Assembly: GCA_038850285.1 (NCBI GenBank) | Contig: JAWCMA010000001.1 | Span: 163,636 to 190,422, forward strand | Direction: 5' to 3' | DNA: 26,787 nucleotides | DNA from: Methanocellales archaeon | Lineage (GTDB): Archaea > Halobacteriota > JAWCLZ01 | Shown: positions 23,201 to 26,787 of the stretch, piece by piece | Numbering within the stretch: position 1 is the first letter of the stretch | Layout: every line of letters starts with the position of its first letter | Made by a program: the position numbers and the translations under genes | The notes under the pieces: generated by a model | What the model saw: the letters and a program-made list of their open reading frames with translations, nothing else | What the model was told of the DNA's origin: nothing | Database searches by the model: none

Positions 23201-24641
23201 AACCATGCCCCCGCCACCAGGTGCAATCCCACCTGTGATTATCTCCTGGGGCAATAATGCAACAAAAGATAATTCTAGGGATATAGAGGTTGAGAGACTG
23301 CAGGTAGTGAAATTCAATGCCACTGCAGATCAAATAGTGGACTGGCACTGGTACATAGATAGAATACCTCGAGCTTGGAATTATGATAATATTGATCTAA
23401 GTTGGAATTCCACTGGCGATATAGAGGTGGCTGTGAATGCCTCAAATATAAATGGCACCTCAAATACAATAACTTGGAATGTAACAGTAAGAGACACAAC
23501 TCCACCCCCTGATTTACATAGCTTTGCCAGCATCGCAACCTCCACCTCAATAAATATCACTTGGATTCAAAGCTTGGATACAGATCACGTGGAATGCTGG
23601 GATGAAACAACATTGCTATTCAACGCAACCGAGAGCTACTGGCTGAGAATTAATCTTATCTCAGATACGCTTTATCCAATGAAATTCAGACCAGTGGATA
23701 GCTATGGCAATGCAGGCAATTTCACATGGTACAATGTTAGCACCCAGCTAGCTATTACGCCTACACCAACGCCTACTCCAATACTACCTCCGAGTATTGC
23801 AGCTTATGCCCCGCTCTCTCCAGTGGATGATATAGAAGGTGCAGCTAGAACATTTAACATAACAATTAATCAAATAGTAGAAGTAACTTGGTATATAAAT
23901 GGAACAAGCGTTCAGACTAATCATAGCATCACCATAGCTTCTTATACCAATACAAGTGCAGTCATAGGTATCTGGAATGTTTCAGCAATTGCAGAGAATA
24001 TCAATGGAAGCACCATTCAAACTTGGACTTGGAATGTCACACCTTTACCAGTAACACCTATACCCACCCCAACTCCAGCAAATTATACCATTGCTGGCTA
24101 TGTCTTTGACAATTTAGGGGTTCCTCTCAGTGGTGTAAGCGTGAGCGATAATCAATCCAGAAGCTTTGCTTCTTCCCTTTCAACTGGCTATTACAATCTA
24201 GCTCAGAATTATCCCAATGGTTCCTATGAACTCAGCTTTAATAAGACTGGATATATTGATGGCAGTTTAATCGTAACCATAACAGGTAGCGATAATCTAA
24301 CCGCAAATATTACTCTAACCCCTGTTATTACACCTACGCCTACTCCAACGCCAACCTTAACTCCCATCCCGCCCCCTGCACCAATGCTCACGCCAGCCTT
24401 AACTCCTTACTTCCCATATCTCGGCAAAGACTATACACCTACATTAATGCCAACGCCAACGCCCACGCCAACTCCAGGTCCAGCGGAGATATCCCCAACT
24501 CCTCCTCATACGCCCACGCCAACTCCAGCTCCAACGCCCACTCCACCTCCACTAGCAATTGAATACGTATTTGGAGCAGCTATTTTAATAGCAGGAGTCT
24601 CAATAGCGATCTGGCTGCTATTAATTAAAAGAAAAAAGTGA
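2112..24641 (+). CDS. Giant (7509 aa) multidomain cell-surface glycoprotein / putative adhesin (CARDB, DUF2341, LamG, nidogen-like, FG-GAP, jelly-roll, FN3; C-terminal TM anchor)
   Basis: Single uninterrupted ORF; N-terminal basic plus hydrophobic signal; repeated PDL-x-x-x-x-I-T-W...E-x-x-E-x-NN CARDB motifs; [10 protein letters not shown] FG-GAP motifs; Pro/Thr linker, TM and KRKK at C-terminus; very many N-x-S/T sequons. Confidence 0.95.
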   Translation: MNRIFRNREAAVGSSALAIALLLTITFTLPFLSQILPDLGVQNTAPEVNIIASNADPPDLIITNLTWTPDPIGYGDIVTLNATLQNAGDADIVEKDVCVGFFIDGNYIGEDCRNVTISVNETATFELAWPSTPGTHELAAWADYYDNIAEDDENNNNATASLYAPGPDLIVSNITWNPEPFGFGDAVTFNVSVKNVGDVDILEKDICMAIYIDGAWIGDFCEFVNISIDETIYFQAPWNADISGNRNVTAVADAYNNVDELDEANNQLSVPVYITGPDLVVTDITWSPDFETFTVGDLVKFNATVKNIGERDISTPTQIRVQFWVDGNPIGSNYNNTKLLVDETTVVSISWSITLGNKTNVSVMVDPWNSISEIDETNNTLTKAFQVKVLAPDLIVSNITWSPETIDFENNVYFNFSVTNIGDANVTNKGIYVYYYFDRDFSYNGYDGYIYRYGNISANETVYFNTSWWGPWQARGGYHNITARVGPYSWESNQTNNRRVADLPYIPGPDLIVTNITWTPDATAVTARDSVTFNATIMNIGERNISTRYIYARFWVDGIDIGTGSKSTSLPINGSMWITRSWSIPVGNKNNVTVMVDYGNNIGEINETNNTLTKAFPMQVLAPDLVISNITTIPYPPREGENATINVTISNLGDGNYWGAFTSRILVDGTEVARPYLQSINESRFDYATQYVSQRDYITMTAPSSWGYSYLFAKEAFAREKNLTFQLRIKPAAGSHTMIGWKDNTSGYSYTDMPHAIYFADGNIYVYEDGNNRGDTGYDYIPDTWYDVKVVLKATGAEYYYKQVDSDIWTSLYFSTYSSESNLRPGIAAYGSTRYTDDWIVKNDSGTLFSEDFSGKTIEAGGTRNVYANWIATRGDHTIMAIADLNNDVWESNENNNQLTVNITPLQGPTFNWINTSPEYPNVNQSITVLANITDDIAITNAILYYSSQVYNAHDDFNSTQGYRNWWYQEWTGSTYQDMNWDSTNSRWKGSYNYNLLWSDGGHPETYEAARKWSAPNNGTIRITGNAHKADTGGGDGVIVRIFKNSELLWEKTIAYYDNIGYDFDLITSVQSGDAIYFRIHQNGNINYDSTYFNPTIAFLANLSMSNIGDIYSATIPGYSNTTKVYYYVSATDSDNITLSSSIKSFIADEEPPRFVSIDTLPRYPNATAEVYIIPNIQDNVGIANGTLNYSYDNVIWNSTVMNLTIIPAVETPSSTGSTTLSANYLQWDTNDGGYISDGGSDAYDGMYHLSYAGTDYSSAAYLWEANGREIIFAKETIDGLEFSRKFYAPNSGYWGRYIDTIHNPTSSDISISLQVYGNLGSDGSTYTWANESYWLGTDDYDAGGDPSLAHVYGKYGASVSRSGDNVYITYSLTIPAGKSKSLATFAIKTPNQTFAREIATEIIEKFENENCEYNAYLSFEELDQISNWKISTLAATIPPPNYTTRVYYYLHAFDLSGNSATSETLSYIADGNYPAINWVTNVTGIHSYKLSMPIFANVSDNQGFNSVKIWYSFDSTTWNESSMKPIINLINWGYRKPVYINNSANPQNLIDYQVKVNVSYESEMQPDFDDLRFTYHNLTSGLEEEIPYYIESYIAGVNATVWVKVPLIKGESLETIYVYYGNPDVESKSNLSSVFILWDDFLGNTLNPRWTSSRASITDGWVTLDRSGGDAYLYTTWNSVATSFTIETKITILNPNAYRTRYYASTSAGGGSPTGFDYGLFRIGTNDLRVYWNGWTNVRIYPYIPYTLKWILTPPNSYVWQVWNETTKLFEGSASIATSNVIGITFSGTEDDTSDFKIDYILVDYSIPQPSIKPNVSIGDEEAISIDSALYKGFIPPTNATTHVYYYVEVKDLALNTVYSDIFSYITSLPPAIANITISPAYPNGFDSVTVSANITDDGYVANAYTYYGIANYTNALQFDGVDDYVKIYDSPSLSIIGTGLTLEAWIKPNSGAVEGDIIHKDYQYSIFWRSNGAITYADSITWSYADIGNYGNAPADQWSHVAVTFNGTHIMFYINGALVGLKPRTGSLTDNNNPVLIGCYGGTTCSSNVFNGIIDEARIYNRSLTAEEIRGRYQNNTDIRDGLVAEYKFNEGLGNRANDSSGNSNNGTIYGATWTTREMPVTTWNSLVMSNTTGIYSAVIPATGYNAKVYYYLTATDDLGYTSISPTYSYISDLEPPQFIGVSIYPQYPNATTNVTVSVDIKDNVGVANATLYYSYDSITWNSSIVNVTGLLQNYSVNEISHPFESASETIIASGDDTYGTYVLPFSFPFYNSTYNIIYVGTNGFISFDSGNTWYYSNLPSYEQIAVDVRDLVTTVYAANHGDYVTIRWYGRLYGGSGDRNLATAELYSNGKIILTYSDYLGGYAGVSSGDNKHYTQIYPATGRAYEFLRPNAGVIPPPYISTNVYYYFEAWDVSRNVNYSRIYTYYTGEVDLIAENITITGALAAGNEVEISAWVKNLGPGDILANTSVGFLVDNSFIGKTRIGKLNASESTIAKLNWTATGGKHNISAKADYDDEFSETSETNNEVTIAIEISPDAIPPVFSDLTQVPVNITRATIGKVDITVNITDVGMGVNPASVVLHYNLTGDIDKSTSMNFVGGLYKASITENWYASSGKNLTYYISASDLAGNSNVSQIVIDYIDPINTIPQVYIITPNATTAYKDEGIIIWRIVDDDSSLFNSTLYSRKQGENWTYLAEVNTSLFIGSNTYQSQYTWNTSLLEESNYQLLINVSDGIDFASSVSETFAIDRSKPYSITLTSPVEAYVGGEPISFKFIARDNLDSILTCNLTVDGISKTTVQGTTFPANNNSLTTVSAYGIAEGNHTWSITCWDNALNVNTSETKSFGIDRAPPAITIYAPADNITIDIDTLEFNFTASDTLSTNLSCSIILNEQNQATLYVERGTYALKSISQLSSSTYNWYISCKDEAGNTGNSATRRFNVTTDLGLASEDIEFSDPTPLEGTSITMNITIYNFGKVNATNVLIRAYGESELIGERTTSVLAHSQVKFSMPWNLAGLPAGMRNATVIISENPLVDSNPANNTAKNSIIINLDSIPPVISRVIVPDINENSQNVTIEAEVTDAGVGVNTVILFYKIETWPSWQNKSMVKVASDKYRAILSKQEIDWDLYQGQNFTYYVNASDKNNNYNQTSIAIEYIDIINDVPKLAIYTPNKDRIWFGIITINFTCDNDNEGPCASTVYYWQPHPWAPTYEENPVEYFKQGKWIKIVDLVNEGITTYDWDTTSFNGWNRLNITASDGIYIVSNLSDIFIIDNFNISITIDNYYDSDAKAYVIAATPVIYGKVNAIYSNITSLEINNTSYTLTISPIGKKFGNYTFESSTIFTTPFSVKINASDEANSYDEITGYFIIDSLLPVIDSVEFQNSYTNDLVKIVVNASDNYLIDSVTATIPTNIGMQNITLNKINETIYEAEFRGPLTPGTYTANITARDIAGNIAKVTTAFDITPGIELEVSDITFEPGIVATGEMVNITALVKNTGGKDAFNINISILVNSKHIATLFANVSQNSSAAIPFNWDTTGFAGNVNVTVKIENATGIYEVNYTNNILSKSYYIKASDLIVTSISFNPPPPTYSGLRVAIYADIANIEEINATWVRINFYRNNTTEDNLIGYTYIDVNANSTTRAQVEWRTSGLEGNQTIIIWINPYNLPAELNTSNNLASAIYQIEEYITEKIPATLTFQKHLVAQLAGEKIRGLASGNFDSDTKMDFAIGTDKGNVILFKNLETIIENRTKYINFTSVAIDNLGEKAYGMTSGDYYNDGYQDLVVGTESGKVILYNNTLGIFTKRELFDVGDYAYGLTTADYDGDGDLDLVVGDKLGHVSLYLNDNMTFTFSRILTTREEPFGLTSGDYNLDGSIDLIAGDRLGQLTRVTKEAGVYNSFIFADIGAFAHALTTADIDFNGRLDLIAIGFAGEINLFYSREGGLVMDPLIIGKTNNTYGITSADYDGDNDIDLIIGTDEGEVYLLLNSLSIIKSSSRDPAPTSRPFEIATYIENPWARKMESVNLTESWGEEQRLIEDSYSYTACCGWWCMNYHETRSGDLLIFDPQGRMYLFQFPNTINYDPEFRYSGCFYWSSYTYNGNANLSNTSFSIPNFLDVVKYDTLKQREKIIYKYQLSPQEEENVTAITDVNYLIKGLFKTAPTDYLLSDDVSNVNNQAANVKNLNPSEYKTDRDYLDVEIRAPEFVAEDIQFSYKGIAIPYKPITITATVNNTRDISIDNVEIQFLVDNQTISQSCTYDPFGYIIECRDVTFNIGALSKAKISYIWTPTTGGTHDIAIAVNPAKKIVERDYGNNNLTKKFSLEPQADLAPIAIWFNKSEYIEGERVTVYATIENVGKNKSYWGYAVFCDRQRINCTPASPYYDADKCDGIVSYPCGTGATCWVCEPVGFGNLEAGENVTINYTFTLADGYSSSQGTHYFSVVTGDVGSGDDDNSNNAIYTTYTVKPSQVNLRYDDCNGWCDPFYFTNPEDEILRLYLREGNAGGEDAKNYSIRIYYDNNPANLLNQTNNLTLNNHTLITRTFDVNWSAVPNGDREIYAYIDYNNEVNESNEGDNIVTTPFKWIDLVASSISFSIEHPRAGDLISISATIRNEGDIRTKEFSVDLYIDGQFVERKNTSIPAHSQSNVIYNWTVPKSQMVNHDVMIKVDPEDVIKLESEANNVLKKQLSTIGWEMHLLAKGFKHHNLTSYENSGGAFTEKDYNLKDLFMEFHSAPAFADLDGDGDLDLMVGDITGKLRTYKNTGSALNATWVESYWAYGIDAGSYSTPAFADLDNDSDLDLVVGNNFGSLSVYENTGNATNPAWSKVDKWNITKISVSSYAAPAFADLDGDGDLDLIIGSGDGKLYSYENTGNYTWQEIDWTADIDAEQNAAPAFADLDGDDDLDLIVGLKNGTIYSYENIGSASSPIWQMATWTSSIKTGSHAKPALADLDGDGDKDLVIGSNNDGFIPLRAGYTEPIYLEVVNYGNFTMTVERVSFELLNKSSGNKITDLFVAPPIIIPALAAIEREFIITPPVDIPENTTLAIVTENVFPMSPAWINNPELGGYTTDVLVDAITTLEISGSYRVLYNDTMSPKFVCSNWCPIYNLTPYKMATIIADSPAGINVYEKERRTNFEIIRPDRAPVTIYIERLGESFSLRPGYIEDIEFTIQNNNKKEYKVDRLTFELYKDGKIYDLYTDTNGFTLPREESIRKSYKFYVPEGVPLNATFILKVGTKYGFPDGSWHRNNINIYPNVAGIGGLGCAFASEDIPLKGRYDVNNLTLFTNESSWGAQYFSSGDIFSLMDILAKFNYIIDPTRVEEEFNRVLSSPIVGEYLSYFGVTPDIVNIEDVRNIWNQKIHRYHSEIDDASYLRKHIWIPSTLQKAELYQKVTCACPMGVPNPPSGIITWVNEKNKYSLCADLCNFEQKGWTSLYYDLKKGEDNYITLYSYGPSREFEVNFYDLIALDYVHAATDRALEPAFDINVSSIGYKGLLRRGYEEPVNITIINNDDDPFIVRVVEFDLISDNRKIHLLTDLTPKVFEAKQKQTHSYYVPIPDDVPLDAKLRIRVERIVELLDKLWLRDSELTMEQLLSKETLDYGFGDTLPTSQASNYRKHVFMPLNITRMEMILGAGLDTKVYLNGEYQGSAYSGWSPIATQAGLREGEDNLISVKGSIPKTDAQIYVGRAFEGGSIVEPEQDIFYMVFGMHEHIYIPGREKFYVYPNETVTARIKIDNYYRNARTFDLTLYVTDFSTRSETILKSMTIKVEPQTSKYLEVDLTIPSYVSNETKLQLSSKWHEIVQDKAWLRASNVDDTSAKNQFMDDSSWGVVNLSIAKEEALYFRKHLWIDSSTEDVQFKLKGVEKLWVNGLEVDMSKWKANEFNSLTGNEATKSQDNVIVLKAKSYDEDVDAEIKLIHFVPVKSTDLDLFNVSYSPMAVLMQGNTTCYFNQSLCNCSEVAKGECIYTVNQGDKVAINFTIRNSGELFSKNFTLLAQASGRNIALERINMHPYSRDTWQITWDTSEFAGLYELNVNLDQPEDIIIESSELNNQIARKIYVNAPPRIEYLDVRELYGLNENIAIKALVTDADSNLESVKFEISLPNGTALIIEPLRINNNSIYTYTYKSSDKGRYTIRALARDSLGLNASMSKCFDIYNSLFVNVKTENDTYYYGETIRPTYAEYSNRTREINNTPPLFLGAYDDLLENIIKGGSKVTIRTIAVDSDNEAITLYVCKDDRVSREGCLLESYCNATSLVNPSCSFYAEASEGNYTWHAFIFDGRGERARASYQGNYTIDTKPPVIELLSIASAKTKVEGLWGATPYLDDQADNKTLITIKGEEGMKCRIGVDEDYMLHRDRSYYNLEPREECYVSGEYANCLAPLKRVNLTMAHISCIDRYGNEQSSTENLDVEIEVSPADDIYDSYNGSILQKGSYVTINGYTRYCLDQGSSCTPNIPIENDNVQFNEEGIWHLRYYDSAEKIRDTAIFVNTKPSLSEQFLEFIDYLGHEFEVIARISDPENQKHQCNITYNNSTIEMKLEDGRARAILKSNSSEIAELAIACSDGFEVESLTTWHSFPNHAPVIRGVPDISLKPSEGKILNLSEFSRDIDGDSLAYFIASGAEGATANASIEANLLIVNASSTVGISTLCLVANDSHENSSEECINIYVEDLSESMVKNNEVTEMLLKVLIKVQYYTNPHWVDVETGYYEVKVDPGKFNQIDLKDIYNWDSYNSPYKAGLFRIYAAVIDENNTVLENRDGSLASSSYNFSLMYYEPAPSPPSSITNLTNVSYADTYINWTWDNPADLDFWYVMVYINGEFKQNVTANYYLATSLAPNTTYTISTRTADYAHNINTTWVNHTATTAPMPPMVNYTITGYVFDTLDAALSAVNVSDNQSRSFASSLSTGYYDLGKLYPNGTYLLTFNKTGFEDGTLEVIISGGDNLTANITLRDITPPTPVIAVATDTPTQTTVNITWSAASDANLWGYEILLNGMLYAHTQNTYFNVTGLSPGTTYEFRIRAVDKYNNTGESSAPIIITTMPPPPGAIPPVIISWGNNATKDNSRDIEVERLQVVKFNATADQIVDWHWYIDRIPRAWNYDNIDLSWNSTGDIEVAVNASNINGTSNTITWNVTVRDTTPPPDLHSFASIATSTSINITWIQSLDTDHVECWDETTLLFNATESYWLRINLISDTLYPMKFRPVDSYGNAGNFTWYNVSTQLAITPTPTPTPILPPSIAAYAPLSPVDDIEGAARTFNITINQIVEVTWYINGTSVQTNHSITIASYTNTSAVIGIWNVSAIAENINGSTIQTWTWNVTPLPVTPIPTPTPANYTIAGYVFDNLGVPLSGVSVSDNQSRSFASSLSTGYYNLAQNYPNGSYELSFNKTGYIDGSLIVTITGSDNLTANITLTPVITPTPTPTPTLTPIPPPAPMLTPALTPYFPYLGKDYTPTLMPTPTPTPTPGPAEISPTPPHTPTPTPAPTPTPPPLAIEYVFGAAILIAGVSIAIWLLLIKRKK
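3246..3960 (+). repeat. 22-bp exact direct repeat AATACACTTACAAAAGCCTTCC (3246..3267 and 3939..3960) in paralogous CARDB 3 and 5
   Basis: Direct comparison; both encode NTLTKAF. Confidence 0.85.
4149..4673 (+). other. Payload 1: ConA/lectin-like beta-sandwich inserted in CARDB 6
   Basis: [13 protein letters not shown]...YTDDWIV...LFSEDFSG motifs; CARDB resumes at [15 protein letters not shown]...ESNENNN. Confidence 0.55.
4959..5408 (+). other. Payload 2: CBM/galactose-binding-like jelly-roll inserted in scaffold Ig-1
   Basis: [15 protein letters not shown]...GGHP...RKWSAP..GTIRITG...GGGDGV...[10 protein letters not shown]; flanked by the two halves of an Ig-like domain. Confidence 0.5.
5730..6404 (+). 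other. Payload 3: unnamed ~225 aa beta-rich extracellular domain inserted in scaffold Ig-2
   Basis: [11 protein letters not shown]...NGRE...SRKFY.P..GYWGRY.D.I.NPT...GNLGSD...DPSLAHV; scaffold resumes at [16 protein letters not shown]. Confidence 0.5.
6696..7595 (+). other. Payload 4: DUF2341 plus ConA-like module inserted in scaffold Ig-3
   Basis: WGYRKPVYI...DYQVKV...DFDDLRFT...EIPYYIE...ATVWVKVP...TIYVYYGNP (DUF2341 signature), then VFILWDDF...FKIDYILV...VSIGDEE. Confidence 0.8.
7845..8480 (+). other. Payload 5: LamG-like (Laminin_G_3) domain inserted in scaffold Ig-4
   Basis: [11 protein letters not shown]...TLEAWIKP...[10 protein letters not shown]...FYING...[15 protein letters not shown]...[11 protein letters not shown]...[15 protein letters not shown]. 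Confidence 0.85.
8808..9290 (+). other. Payload 6: nidogen (NIDO)-like domain inserted in scaffold Ig-5
   Basis: GDD.....[25 protein letters not shown] motif typical of nidogen-like domains. Confidence 0.7.
9408..13160 (+). other. Stalk of CARDB-like and other Ig-like domains (4 CARDB, 2 uninserted scaffold Ig, about 6 further Ig)
   Basis: CARDB starts near 9408, 10941, 12507, 12825; empty scaffold Ig at 9735..10043 and 11277..11585; D-x-x-P-P...D-x-A-G-N type Ig motifs. Confidence 0.7.
13242..14063 (+). other. FG-GAP/VCBS beta-propeller cluster 1 (6 repeats)
   Basis: [108 protein letters not shown]. Confidence 0.9.
14066..16160 (+). other. DUF11-like domain plus four CARDB-like domains with Cys-rich loop insertions
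   Basis: [10 protein letters not shown]...FEIATYIEN...VNLTE; CARDB starts near 14703, 15075, 15504, 15846. Confidence 0.65.
16290..16985 (+). other. FG-GAP/VCBS cluster 2 (5 repeats, [15 protein letters not shown]...YENTG type)
   Basis: Five ~50-aa repeats with [AT][15 protein letters not shown]; the first four are followed by Y[KE]N[TI]G. Confidence 0.9.
16612..16810 (+). repeat. 49-bp direct repeat with 1 mismatch (16612..16660 and 16762..16810) between adjacent FG-GAP repeats
   Basis: ATGCAGCTCCAGCATTCGCTGATCTAGATGGCGATG[G/A]CGATTTAGATTT, offset 150 bp. Confidence 0.85.
16998..19860 (+). other. Four divergent units of Ig-like domain plus (units 2-4) beta-galactosidase/GH2-N-type jelly-roll
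   Basis: Unit starts LRAGY (~17004), LRPGY (17565), LRRGY (18573), VYPNE (19254); motifs ESSWG/DDSSWG, YLRKH/NYRKH/YFRKH, WVN/YLNG/WVNG, LKKGEDN/LREGEDN. Confidence 0.6.
22425..24320 (+). other. Membrane-proximal region: three FN3-like, two carboxypeptidase-regulatory-like and two Ig/PKD-like domains
   Basis: YINWTW...LAPNTTYTI; VNITWSA...[16 protein letters not shown]; YTI[TA]GYVFD...V[NS]VS...STGYY.L...GTY.L.F.KTG[FY] twice. Confidence 0.75.
22764..24190 (+). repeat. 47-bp exact direct repeat (22764..22810 and 24144..24190) within two otherwise diverged paralogous domains
   Basis: AGCGATAATCAATCCAGAAGCTTTGCTTCTTCCCTTTCAACTGGCTA, offset 1380 bp. Confidence 0.9.
24318..24551 (+). repeat. 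Pro/Thr-rich low-complexity stalk (includes exact 19-mer at 24459..24477 and 24510..24528)
   Basis: (TP)n runs; ACGCCCACGCCAACTCCAG twice; shorter PT runs at about 23757 and 24042. Confidence 0.85.
24552..24638 (+). other. C-terminal transmembrane anchor and basic tail
   Basis: [29 protein letters not shown]. Confidence 0.9.
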
Positions 24642-24707
24642 AGTTATGATAAGTAATAAGTAAGATAAATAAGATAAGATAGATAAGATAAAAATAATTT
24701 TATTTTT
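24642..24707. repeat. C-free (AAGAT/AAGTA)-like imperfect microsatellite ending in an 8-bp inverted repeat / T-tract; possible terminator
   Basis: AAGTTATGATAAGTAATAAGTAAGATAAATAAGATAAGATAGATAAGATA, then AAAAATAA-TT-TTATTTTT (24690..24707), directly after the stop codon. Confidence 0.55.
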
Positions 24708-25441
24708 GGAATAGATTTATTGTAAGGCATCTGCATTGCTTTGCTGCATCCTCTAACATTTTCGAGAAGGCGGAGGGGAAAGGATGATTGGAAGTAGAAG
24801 AAGAATGATAGGATGATCTGATATAGATCGAGCCCGGGCGTGGATACTGGCATGCGGCTTTGAGGGATTGCACGGTGGAGGAAATAAGTTGAGAATCAGA
24901 ATCGAAAATCTGAAATAGAGAGCTTTGATGTTGCTCATGAACTTTGAAGCAGAAACTGGATAGTTAAGTTAAAATTAGAAATTAGGGGTAATGGGATGTG
25001 AAGTACTTGTAGTTGAGGTTTGGGATTGCTTGCTTTGGTTGCCATTTGCATTTTTTCCCTTATAGCCGTGGATGCCAGTGATAGCAAATATCTCTATCTT
25101 CTGTGGAAGTATTTCAGCCTGCTTTGATTTTTCCAGCTCAAGTTCAGGAACAGGCTTCGACTTATTCCTCGCATCGCTTGCAATCGCCTATTTACTTGCA
25201 AGGAAAAAAAATTATAGCTCAAGCCAAATCTTGTTCTAAATTATCAGGGTTTCAAGGCGCCTTCTCAGCCCTTAAAGTATATCCTCCCTTAGATTTTTAG
25301 AGATAAGTCGAATTCTAATCGCGGGAGCAATTGAGCGAAATATCCAAGCAACTGGTTCCCGAGATTTACAAGATGCAAAACGCTTATTGGCCAATAATCT
25401 CTAATATCTAATTTCCCTGAGATTCAGTTCCATATATCATA

Positions 25442-25819
25442 TTATATCTTGGATATTTTCCAATCTCCATCTGTTTTGATTAACTCAAAGTTCTGCATCA
25501 CAGTATTATTAACATCAGCCATTGCACATTCTATAGTTAAATTTGCAATTGCAATTGTGCCATTTATCGCAATTGAATTAACTTTAGAAATATGGATTTT
25601 CATCTCCATTGCATCAAAATATCGGAAGAGTGCTTCTACATCGGATTGAGATAAATTGCGAGCCATCACGCTTTGAAAGCCAGCAATATCACGAGCATTA
25701 TAGCTCGCTTCATATCGCTTCAAAGTTTCCTTAATTGCCATTTCATCTTGAGTTAAACAGCTGGAGAATATTATTAGAAAAAACATAAATGCTATGGTTA
25801 TTCTACGGGTTCCACCCAT
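25442..25819 (-). CDS. Small putative lipoprotein with NTF2/SnoaL-like fold
   Basis: RR plus hydrophobic segment plus FSS-C lipobox-like site; helix 'AIKETLKRYEASYNARDIAGF' and C-terminal 'FELIKTDGDWKI' typical of NTF2-like proteins; GAGGT RBS 8 nt upstream. Confidence 0.75.
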   Translation of the reverse strand: MGGTRRITIAFMFFLIIFSSCLTQDEMAIKETLKRYEASYNARDIAGFQSVMARNLSQSDVEALFRYFDAMEMKIHISKVNSIAINGTIAIANLTIECAMADVNNTVMQNFELIKTDGDWKISKI

Positions 25820-25827
25820 TCCAATCT

Positions 25828-25832
25828 ACCTC
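25828..25832 (-). promoter_or_regulatory. Shine-Dalgarno GAGGT for 25442..25819
   Basis: Minus strand reads AAGAGGTAGATTGGAATG. Confidence 0.55.
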
Positions 25833-25956
25833 TTTTCAATTTAAGTTTGTATTACAACTACAATTTGATTTACAGAACTATAATGTAGGATCTCTTGGTT
25901 TTCCTGCACCACTGATTTAACAGGATGTATAACGGATCTCACTAGGGCACTCAAGC

Positions 25957-25971
25957 ATATATTTCTTTTTG
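25957..25971 (-). promoter_or_regulatory. Possible BRE/TATA for the lipoprotein gene
   Basis: Minus strand CAAAAAG-AAATATAT about 140 nt upstream of the ATG; weak TATA match. Confidence 0.25.
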
Positions 25972-26018
25972 AAAAAATAGCTAAACCGAAAGATTTACAT
26001 CCCTTGCTAATTGAATAA

Positions 26019-26033
26019 CCAAAAGTTTAAATA
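26019..26033 (+). promoter_or_regulatory. Archaeal BRE plus TATA box of the vapBC operon (likely leaderless transcript)
   Basis: CCAAAAG-TTTAAATA ending 22 nt before ATG 26056. Confidence 0.7.
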
Positions 26034-26057
26034 AGTATAACTTTAAGTAATACTTAT
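26031..26057. promoter_or_regulatory. 27-bp palindromic operator (putative AbrB/VapB autoregulation site)
   Basis: ATAAGTAT-A-ACTT-T-AAGT-A-ATACTTAT: 12 of 13 positions pair; overlaps the TATA 3' end and the start codon. Confidence 0.7.
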
Positions 26058-26301
26058 GAAATTGAAGGTAAAAGTAGGGCCGAAGGGACAGATAGTGATC
26101 CCAAAGGCAATTAGGGAGAAAATGGGAATAAATCCCGGTGACCTCGTTCTTCTAGATATAGAAGGCGAAAGAGCAATAGTGGAAGCAACTCATTATAACC
26201 CACTTGAAAAGCTTTCAGAGATCTCCCGAAAGGCAGGTGCAAAATCTAGCGAGCTAGTCTGGGGAGATAAACTTTACCAGGAATTACTGAGGGGGGTTTA
26301 A
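26056..26301 (+). CDS. vapB: AbrB/MazE/SpoVT-family antitoxin
   Basis: KVKVGPKGQIVIPKAIREKMGINPGDLV is the AbrB-type swapped-hairpin motif; lies 7 bp upstream of a PIN gene. Confidence 0.9.
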   Translation: MKLKVKVGPKGQIVIPKAIREKMGINPGDLVLLDIEGERAIVEATHYNPLEKLSEISRKAGAKSSELVWGDKLYQELLRGV

Positions 26302-26308
26302 GTGGTTT

Positions 26309-26719
26309 ATGGTTTACCTCGATGCCAATGTCTTCGTTTTTGCAGCCTTGGCTACGGACGAACTTGGAGATGCATCGCGCTATATACTTGCAAATTTGAG
26401 AAAAATAGAAGCTAAAACAAGCTGCCTCACATTAGATGAACTTGCTTGGGCTGTTTTAAGAAGAGTAGATATTTCCACAGCGGCTGAGGCTTGTAGAGCA
26501 GTGCTCATGTTAAAAGACCTAAATATAGCCTCAGTTGAATATGGCGATACCTGGGAAATGACTAAAGCAATGGAAACTTGGAAGTTAAAACCTAGAGATG
26601 GACTGCATCTCGCGATCATGAAGCGGCTGGGAGAAAAAACGATTGTCAGCGAGGATGAGCACTTCGATAAAACTAATGTTAAGAGGATCTCGATCGCTAC
26701 TTTCACGAGGTCGATTTGA
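26309..26719 (+). CDS. vapC: PIN-domain ribonuclease toxin
   Basis: VYLDANVF...TLDEL...LKPRDGLHLA...IVSEDEHFD conserved acidic PIN residues. Confidence 0.92.
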   Translation: MVYLDANVFVFAALATDELGDASRYILANLRKIEAKTSCLTLDELAWAVLRRVDISTAAEACRAVLMLKDLNIASVEYGDTWEMTKAMETWKLKPRDGLHLAIMKRLGEKTIVSEDEHFDKTNVKRISIATFTRSI

Positions 26720-26787
26720 TTCAGCGCAATGAATTTATTCGGCTAGATTTCGGCATTTTAAATCTGAAATATAACCTCTCGAGTTCC

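Noticed and set aside
92-23550. Many short antisense or alternative-frame ORFs overlapping the two long CDSs
   Set aside because: Shadows of long coding frames with no recognisable motifs.
5644-24190. Diversity-generating retroelement TR/VR pair among the direct repeats
   Set aside because: No reverse transcriptase in the window; mismatches between copies are not adenine-specific; both copies are coding paralogues.
24642-24707. CRISPR array or leader
   Set aside because: Units are 4-6 nt without spacers; no cas genes or 25-40 nt repeats seen.
24784-24918. 44-codon ORF by TGA read-through (Sec) after a GGAGG RBS
   Set aside because: No recognisable selenoprotein motif or SECIS; only a 10-aa ORF without recoding.
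24644-25300. Predicted ORFs 24644..24853(-), 24753..24938(-), 25103..25300(+)
   Set aside because: Short, low-complexity or atypical composition, no family motifs.
25449-26706. ORFs 25449..25649(+) and 26380..26706(-)
   Set aside because: Antisense to better-supported genes (lipoprotein, vapC).
24906-26771. AAATCTGAAATA 12-mer at about 24906 and 26760 as att/target-site duplication around the lipoprotein-vapBC block
   Set aside because: Short AT-rich match compatible with chance; no integrase or transposase in the window.

Overview
Archaeal-looking window (inferred from ATA/AGA-rich codons, BRE/TATA promoters, dense N-x-S/T sequons). It holds: (1) the 3' part of a probably secreted metzincin-like metalloprotease with a Cys-rich motif and Ig/cadherin-like tail (<1..2103); (2) 8 bp downstream, one uninterrupted 22.5 kb ORF for a 7509-aa membrane-anchored surface protein with about 15 CARDB-like domains, DUF2341, LamG, nidogen-like, two FG-GAP clusters, jelly-roll, FN3 and carboxypeptidase-regulatory-like domains, a Pro/Thr stalk and a C-terminal TM; (3) an ~800 bp intergenic region; (4) a small NTF2-like lipoprotein on the minus strand; (5) an AbrB/VapB-VapC toxin-antitoxin pair with a TATA box and a 27-bp palindromic operator. 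The most striking signal is inside the giant ORF. Six consecutive Ig-like scaffold domains (about 3975..9404) are each split by a different inserted 150-300 aa payload domain. A two-domain scaffold unit is duplicated with the same insertion sites but unrelated payloads, and empty scaffold copies occur downstream. This suggests a cassette-display adhesin. All domain calls are by-eye motif recognition; no searches were run.
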